From an uncultured delta proteobacterium (lineage in GTDB: Bacteria > Desulfobacterota > Desulfobacteria > Desulfobacterales > B30-G6), in assembly GCA_963823335.1 (NCBI GenBank), contig CAWGLD010000001.1, forward strand, positions 556,548 to 588,547: 32,000 bases of DNA. Reading direction: 5' to 3'. Shown here piece by piece: positions 26,879-32,000 of the stretch (position 1 is its first letter; each line of letters opens with the position of its first letter). The notes beneath the pieces were generated by a model. That model had not been told where the DNA came from. It was given only the letters and a program-made list of their open reading frames with translations, and did no database searches. Both the position numbers and the translations under genes were made by a program.

Positions 26879-27721
26879 TTACCTGCCCAACCGTTGCAGC
26901 TCCACCTCCACGGCAGCTGAAAAACTCTCCAGGCTGCGTTGCCGCTGCAGACGCCCGTTGATGTATACCGCGGGCGTACCCCTGACATCGGCTTCTCTGG
27001 CCCATTGCACGTCCTTTAAAATCTGATCCGTCACCTGGGCTGCCTTGCGCTGGGTGTCGAAAGCGCTCTTGTCCAGATCGAGACTGACGCGGATCTCTTC
27101 CACCTTGGCCTCATTCAGGCTGTTGTAACTGGCAAAAAGAGCATCGTGAAATTCCCAGAAACGACCCTGGGCATGGGCCGCCAGGGCGGCAGCGGCGGCT
27201 TGACGCGCAAATTTGTGACTGCGCAAAGGAAAATTTTTGAAGACGAGCTTGACCTGTTGGGGATATTTCTCGAGCAACTGCTCGAGTACCGGCGCGAGCC
27301 GGGCGCAGTAAGGTCATTGAAAATCGGTAAAAACCACCACCGCCACGGCTGCGTCCAGAGCTCCCTTGGTGGGGGAACCGTCAACGGGAATATCCACGAT
27401 GAACGTCAGGATGAGCTCCTGGATACGATTGCCGGCGGAGTTGACCAGATAGAGACGATCCTCTGCCGGACCCGCTTGAATGCCGTCCACTCCGGGATCC
27501 ACCGTCAGGGTGTCGTACAGTTCGCCGGTGCTCTTGAAAATCTGCAGTTTGGCATCTGCCGTGAGCACATAGATATAGCGCCCGTTACCCGGAACGACCA
27601 GGTCAACAGGTGTTGCCTTGAGCTGGAAGGTACGTACCACCTGGGCCTCCACTTCGGCCTGAGCCGGGGAAACCACTGCCAGTAATAAAATTAGCGATAT
27701 CAGCCAATGGTGTGCTTTCAT
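26879..27721 (-). CDS. Probable selenoprotein: secreted DsbA-like thioredoxin-fold protein with in-frame TGA (Sec136), active site FQ-U-PYC
   Basis: The ORF track splits this into 27314..27721 and 26879..27277, but both are in the same frame, separated only by TGA at 27314-27316. Joined product: signal peptide MKAHHWLISLILLLAVVSPAQAE..., VAVVVFTDFQ[TGA]PYCARLAPVLEQLLEKYPQQVKLVFKNFPLRSHKFARQAAAAALAAHAQGRFWEFHDALF...ADVRGTPAVYINGRL. TGA falls at the first Cys of F-x-D-F-Q-C-P-Y-C. Confidence 0.85.
27269..27302 (-). promoter_or_regulatory. Candidate bacterial SECIS region: two consecutive hairpins 3' of the Sec TGA
   Basis: mRNA sense: CCGGC-UCGC-GCCGG (27302..27289) then CUCGAGC-AGUU-GCUCGAG (27286..27269), 7-bp perfect stem, 4-nt loop with G in second position, loop starting 34 nt after the UGA. 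Confidence 0.6.
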
Positions 27722-28053
27722 AAAAACATCCTTGATCCATTACAGGTAACGCGGGTTGCTTCACCCCACAGGTTCGGCTCATCCAGGAACGCATTGTTCC
27801 CATGTAGACATAACGCAATCGACATCAACGTCTATCATATTGTCGAAGCAAATAAAAGCCCTACCCACCTGCCGATTGACAACAACACCCACAGCAGGTA
27901 TTCTCACAACAAACACCACGCAAAGAGAAGGACGAAGGGCTTAGGAATGAGGACTGAGTTGCTGGAAAGCGACTGTCAGCCATCAGCTGTTAGCCGACTT
28001 AAAACCTAACACCTAAAACTTAAAACCGTCTTAAACTTAAAACCAGAATTAAT

Positions 28054-28785
28054 ATGGATTCAGTTAAAAATATCACCCTCTTCGTCCAGTGCCTGGTGGA
28101 TGGTCTCTATCCAGAGGTGGGAGAGGCCATGCTGACGATCTTCAAGCGTCTCGGCATCCAGGTGGACTGCCCCATGGACCAGACCTGCTGCGGCCAGCCC
28201 GCCTTCAACGCCGGTCATCGAAAGGCCGCCAGGGTAGCCGCCAGGAGGTTCATTGAAATTTTCGAACACGCGGAGTGGATTGTCTGCCCTTCGGGATCCT
28301 GCGTCAACATGGTAAAAAACCATTATCCGGACCTTTTCGAAGATGATGCTGTGTGGGCCGAGCGGGCAAAGCAGGTGGGACAGCGAACCTATGAACTGAG
28401 TCAGTTTCTGGTGGACATTCTGAGCGTCGAGGACCTGGGTGCCGCCCATCACGGCAAAATAACCTACCATGACTCCTGCCACCTGCTCAGAGGTCTGGGT
28501 GTCGGGGAACAGCCACGGCGTCTGATACGGCATGTAAAACAGGCTGAATTTGTCGAGATGAAAGATTCGGACCGCTGTTGCGGGTTCGGGGGAACCTTTT
28601 CGGTCAAATACCCGGACATCTCAACGGCCATGGTGGACGACAAGATCCGCAACATTCTCGCAACCGGGGCCGATACCGTTACCGGTTGCGACATCAGCTG
28701 TCTCATGAACATCCAGGGCAGACTCAGCCGCATAGGGTCATCTATCAAGGTGTTGCATATTGCGCAATTGTTGGCAGATAAATAG
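28054..28785 (+). CDS. LutA-like (Fe-S)-binding protein with cysteine-rich CCG domains
   Basis: 243 aa; LFVQCLVDGLYPEVG, DQTCCGQPAFNAGH, CPSGSCVNMVKNHY, YHDSCHLLRGLG, DRCCGFGGTFSVKYPDIS, DISCLMNIQG. Confidence 0.88.
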   Translation: MDSVKNITLFVQCLVDGLYPEVGEAMLTIFKRLGIQVDCPMDQTCCGQPAFNAGHRKAARVAARRFIEIFEHAEWIVCPSGSCVNMVKNHYPDLFEDDAVWAERAKQVGQRTYELSQFLVDILSVEDLGAAHHGKITYHDSCHLLRGLGVGEQPRRLIRHVKQAEFVEMKDSDRCCGFGGTFSVKYPDISTAMVDDKIRNILATGADTVTGCDISCLMNIQGRLSRIGSSIKVLHIAQLLADK

Positions 28786-28892
28786 CTGTTATAGAGGCCA
28801 AGGATCGAGAAAAGAAATTGTCATTTGCTTCGCGATATTTATGGTCATTTACTTCGTGTCATTTATTGTAGCTATCAGCTATGAGCAACAAT

Positions 28893-28982
28893 AAATGACG
28901 CCCGCAGGGCAAATGTCGCGCGCAGCGCAAATGACATCCGAAGGATTAATGACGCCCGCAGGGCAAACGGCGTCCGAAGGAA
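28893..28982 (+). repeat. Tandem array of five 18-nt mini-hairpin units (array 2)
   Basis: Units: AAATGAC-GCCC-GCA-GGGC / AAATGTC-GCGC-GCA-GCGC / AAATGAC-ATCC-GAA-GGAT / TAATGAC-GCCC-GCA-GGGC / AAACGGC-GTCC-GAA-GGAA; an opposite-orientation partner TGTCATTTGCTTCGCG lies at 28819..28834. Confidence 0.85.
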
Positions 28983-28985
28983 ATA

Positions 28986-30398
28986 ATGAAACCATCGAGC
29001 TACACGCGTCTGTCCCAATCGGCCATAAAAGATCCTGTGCTCCACACCGCCCTGGCAAACCTCCAGGAACGGTTCGGCAAGGGCGCGGCCCTGGGGTACC
29101 GGAAATTTCCGGAGGGACCGGGGCTGCGTCTCAAGGCCCATGATATCCGCATGAATGCCATCGAAAATCTCGACATCCTGCTGGAAACCCTCGCCCGAAA
29201 CATCCGCGGAAACGGAGGCCATGTTCATTTTGCCCGGGATGCCCAGACGGCTGTGGACTGCTGTCTCGACATCGCCCGTAAGCATGACGTGAGCATGGCG
29301 GTCAAGGGCAAATCCATGCTCAGTGAAGAAATCGGGCTCAACAAGGCCCTTCAAGAGGCCGGTATCGAAGCCGTGGAGACCGATCTGGGGGAATACATCA
29401 TCCAGCTGGCCGGCGAAACACCGTCCCACATCATCGCACCCGCCGTTCACAAAACCCGGCAGCAGGTGGGCCGTCTCTTTCAGAAAAAGCTGGGTATCCC
29501 CTATTCCGAGGATCCGCCCACCCTGACCCTGGCTGCCAGAAAAGCCCTGCGGGAAAAATTTTTGAAAGCCGAAATGGGCATCTCGGGCTGCAACCTGGCC
29601 TGTGCTGAAACCGGTCACATCACCACCGTGTCCAACGAGGGCAATATCCGCATGTCCACCACCCTGCCCCGGGTGCACGTGGCCTTCATGGGCATGGAAC
29701 GGGTTGTGGCCGATCTCAAGGACCACGAAATTTTTTTCCGTCTGCTTTCCATGGGCGGTGCCGCCCAGAACATGGCTGGCTATGTCAGCTACCGCGGCGG
29801 CCTGGGAGACAAAGGCCTCCTGGGCGGACCGGGTGAGTTTCATCTGATCGTCATCGACAACGGTCGCAGCCGGATCCTCGCCGATCCCGACTTCAAGGAG
29901 ATGCTCTGCTGCATCCGTTGCGGGGGCTGTCTCAACATCTGCCCGGTATACGGGGAAATCGGCGGACATGCTTACAATTCCCCTTATTCCGGACCGGTGG
30001 GGGCTGTTGTCACGCCCCTGTTACAAGGGATCAACCGCCATGCCGACCTCTGCCAGGGAGAGTCTCTGTGCGGGGCCTGCATGGATGCCTGCCCCGTCAA
30101 CATCGACATCCCCCGCATGCTGCTTCGGCTGCGCCAGAAACTGGCCGAGGGAGACCCCTCCTGGAATGTCACGATCAAGAGTCGCCTGGATCAGGCCGTT
30201 TTTGCCGCCTGGTCACTCCTGATCCGCAATCCGCGTCTTTACGATTTGTTTCTAAAATCCGCTGTTGTGGGTCAGAAATTTCTGCCCGGAAAAGAACAGA
30301 TGATCTCCAGGCTCCCTTTTTCCGGCAAAGGCTGGACCGACAGCCGGGATCTCAAGAAATTCGCCCAAAAGCGCTTTTTGGATCGTGGAAGATCATGA
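28986..30398 (+). CDS. LutB-like LUD-domain iron-sulfur protein
   Basis: 470 aa; KSMLSEEIGLNKALQEAGIEAVETDLGEYIIQLAGETPSHIIAPAVH, CCIRCGGCLNICPVYGEIGGHAY, CQGESLCGACMDACPVNIDIP. Confidence 0.93.
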   Translation: MKPSSYTRLSQSAIKDPVLHTALANLQERFGKGAALGYRKFPEGPGLRLKAHDIRMNAIENLDILLETLARNIRGNGGHVHFARDAQTAVDCCLDIARKHDVSMAVKGKSMLSEEIGLNKALQEAGIEAVETDLGEYIIQLAGETPSHIIAPAVHKTRQQVGRLFQKKLGIPYSEDPPTLTLAARKALREKFLKAEMGISGCNLACAETGHITTVSNEGNIRMSTTLPRVHVAFMGMERVVADLKDHEIFFRLLSMGGAAQNMAGYVSYRGGLGDKGLLGGPGEFHLIVIDNGRSRILADPDFKEMLCCIRCGGCLNICPVYGEIGGHAYNSPYSGPVGAVVTPLLQGINRHADLCQGESLCGACMDACPVNIDIPRMLLRLRQKLAEGDPSWNVTIKSRLDQAVFAAWSLLIRNPRLYDLFLKSAVVGQKFLPGKEQMISRLPFSGKGWTDSRDLKKFAQKRFLDRGRS

Positions 30399-31195
30399 AA
30401 CCAATCAAACCAGTAAATGGCCAATCCCCGATCCCCGTCGATCAAACCCGATTCATCGCTAACATCAAAAAAGCCCTGGGACGGTCCGATTTCGAGCATC
30501 GCCGAATGGAAGACCTCATTCAAACCAGCCCCGATAGCAACGATCTTGCCTTGATGCAAACCATCCAGAGCCGTGACCGAAAAATGCGACTCACCCTCCT
30601 GGACAGGATGATGGAGGTTGCCAAAACCATCAACACGAAAGTCGCGGCGGCAGAAACCAAAACCCAGATCGCGGCGGCCATTGCTAAAATCGCCATTGAT
30701 TCAAATGCGGAATGGGGCGACGGAAAATCCATCGTGGCCTGGGATCATCCCCTGGTGAATGGCCTGGATCTGCCCGCAGCCATGCAACCCCTGGGTGTTC
30801 CGGTCTATTTTCCGGAAAACGACGCCTGCAGTGCCGGAGCAAAGACTTTCCGCAAACAGTCCGAGACCGCCTTGATGGGCATAACCTCGGCTGATTTCGG
30901 TCTGGCGGAAACCGCTACCCTGACCATGAAAACCCGCCCCGGACAACCCCTGCACGTCTCCCTTCTACCCTCCATCCACATCGCCGTGATCCGGCTGGAA
31001 CAAATCCTGTCCAATCTCAAGGAGTTTTACGCCCTGCTCAAATGGGACCCCGCACAACAGGCTGAGGGTCTCACCCACAGCATGTCCTTTATCACCGGCC
31101 CCAGCAAAACCGCCGATATCGAAGCCACCCTGGTCCACGGCGCCCATGGCCCCAGGGAGCTGGTTATCTTCGTTTTGAAAAATGAAACGAGCTGA
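30395..31195 (+). CDS. LutC-like LUD-domain protein
   Basis: ATG at 30395 overlaps the lutB-like stop (ATGA); VYFPENDACSAGAKTFRKQSETALMGITSADFGLAETATLTMKTRPGQPLHVSLLPSIHIAVIRLEQIL...FITGPSKTADIEATLVHGAHGPRELVIFVL. ORF track extends 5' to 29918, out of frame with lutB. Confidence 0.9.
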   Translation: MKPIKPVNGQSPIPVDQTRFIANIKKALGRSDFEHRRMEDLIQTSPDSNDLALMQTIQSRDRKMRLTLLDRMMEVAKTINTKVAAAETKTQIAAAIAKIAIDSNAEWGDGKSIVAWDHPLVNGLDLPAAMQPLGVPVYFPENDACSAGAKTFRKQSETALMGITSADFGLAETATLTMKTRPGQPLHVSLLPSIHIAVIRLEQILSNLKEFYALLKWDPAQQAEGLTHSMSFITGPSKTADIEATLVHGAHGPRELVIFVLKNETS

Positions 31196-31250
31196 AACCA
31201 GCAATTACGTCTAACATCTCACATTTTGCGTCTCCCTCCCTGAAACTATG

Positions 31251-31814
31251 TCATTTCCGATTTAATCGCCAGCGCTGGCTGGTCAGCATAAAATTGGGCA
31301 AATGCCCCTTGCTGCTCACGTCCCGCGCCATCTCGGTCATGTAAAAAGCATCGGGATCTTCTTTCCGGACAGCGGCCAGTATGCGCTGCAAATCGCGTCG
31401 GCGACAGGCAATGCATAGTTCGTCCACGGGCCCACGCATACCCTCACCCCTGAAAACGGTCACCGGCTGTCCCATGGCTCGAATGCAACTCGCCAATGTT
31501 TTTCCGGCAGTTCTCGTGATCACCCGCAGAATAATGAAACCCAGTGCCAGTCTACGTTCAAGATTGATACCGACCACGTTGCCGGTCGCATACCCAAAGG
31601 CATAAAAAAGAGCCAGTATGGGTTGCTCGTTGATCTTGTGAATCACCGTACTCACCACCGTTATCCAGATCAGGAGTTCAAATATACCCAGGAAAAATGC
31701 GATGACTCTACGGCCCTGAACCGTTACGATGATCCTGACCGTCCCGAGGGATACGTCGACAATACGCATTACAAAAATGAGCAAACCCGTAGATAAAACA
31801 TTTAAATCAATCAT
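31251..31814 (-). CDS. UPF0316 / DUF2179-type membrane protein
   Basis: 187 aa; LLIFVMRIVDVSLGTVRIIVTVQGRRVIAFFLGIFELLIWITVVSTVI...ALFYAFGYATGNVVGINLERRLALG. Confidence 0.85.
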   Translation of the reverse strand: MIDLNVLSTGLLIFVMRIVDVSLGTVRIIVTVQGRRVIAFFLGIFELLIWITVVSTVIHKINEQPILALFYAFGYATGNVVGINLERRLALGFIILRVITRTAGKTLASCIRAMGQPVTVFRGEGMRGPVDELCIACRRRDLQRILAAVRKEDPDAFYMTEMARDVSSKGHLPNFMLTSQRWRLNRK

Positions 31815-31866
31815 TTCAACATCCTGTCAATTGAGAATCTGTGAAAAAAGGCAAACGTCGATGGGC

Positions 31867-31998
31867 TCACGTCCCGCAAAAGGTTTGATAGGGTTGCGCC
31901 GAAGGGGGCGGGGGCTGGTGATAGCCGGTCTGTTCCGGTGGATCTTGGTAGGGTTGAGACAGAGCACCCAGCAGTTTTTCCATGACCGTAAAATCCGA
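31867..31998 (-). CDS. C-terminal 43 residues of an unidentified protein truncated by the window edge (possibly SelO/YdiU-like)
   Basis: SDFTVMEKLLGALSQPYQDPPEQTGYHQPPPPSAQPYQTFCGT*; LxxPYxxxPExxxYxxPPP followed by a short Cys-containing C-terminus is reminiscent of SelO/YdiU tails, weak evidence. Confidence 0.35.
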   Translation of the reverse strand, partial: SDFTVMEKLLGALSQPYQDPPEQTGYHQPPPPSAQPYQTFCGT

Positions 31999-32000
31999 CC

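Noticed and set aside
26879-27721. Split DsbA-like ORFs interpreted as a pseudogene or sequencing frameshift
   Set aside because: Both halves are in the same frame, nothing is missing across the junction, and the stop is TGA exactly at the expected active-site Cys with all other catalytic features intact; Sec recoding explains this better, although sel genes are not visible here.
28875-29969. 364-aa minus-strand ORF from the ORF track
   Set aside because: Antisense to the clearly coding LutB-like gene; its C-terminus (SLRASLILRMSFALRATFALRAS) is just the translated hairpin array.

Overview
32 kb window, probably from a strictly anaerobic deltaproteobacterial/Desulfobacterota-type genome (inferred from gene content). 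It contains: (i) the 3' end of a PTS enzyme I-like gene, smpB and a YajD-like HNH nuclease; (ii) a phenol/aromatic carboxylation locus with a LysR regulator, a split PEP-synthase-like pair matching phenylphosphate synthase proteins 1 and 2, a UbiD decarboxylase/carboxylase, a stand-alone receiver protein, an aryl/acyl-CoA ligase and a UbiX flavin prenyltransferase; (iii) three Tm-1-like/UPF0261 paralogues, one followed by a DUF89 protein; (iv) a tungsten AOR-family oxidoreductase locus with three 4Fe-4S proteins, a small Cys4 protein, an orphan EutA-like ATPase, a MetV-like MTHFR_C protein and a ThiS/MoaD-like protein; (v) IclR, HD-domain and MutM genes; (vi) a LutABC-like LUD operon and a UPF0316 protein. 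Main unexpected observations: a probable selenoprotein at 27721..26879 (-), a secreted DsbA-like protein whose in-frame TGA replaces the first Cys of the FQCPYC active site (FQ-U-PYC) and is followed by two perfect hairpins, one resembling a bacterial SECIS; two arrays of 18-19 nt units, each encoding a mini-hairpin whose 4-bp stem covaries between units; a dispersed repeat that lies immediately 3' of five different stop codons in the same orientation as the upstream gene; and an AOR/ferredoxin/EutA-like gene set without visible eutBC.
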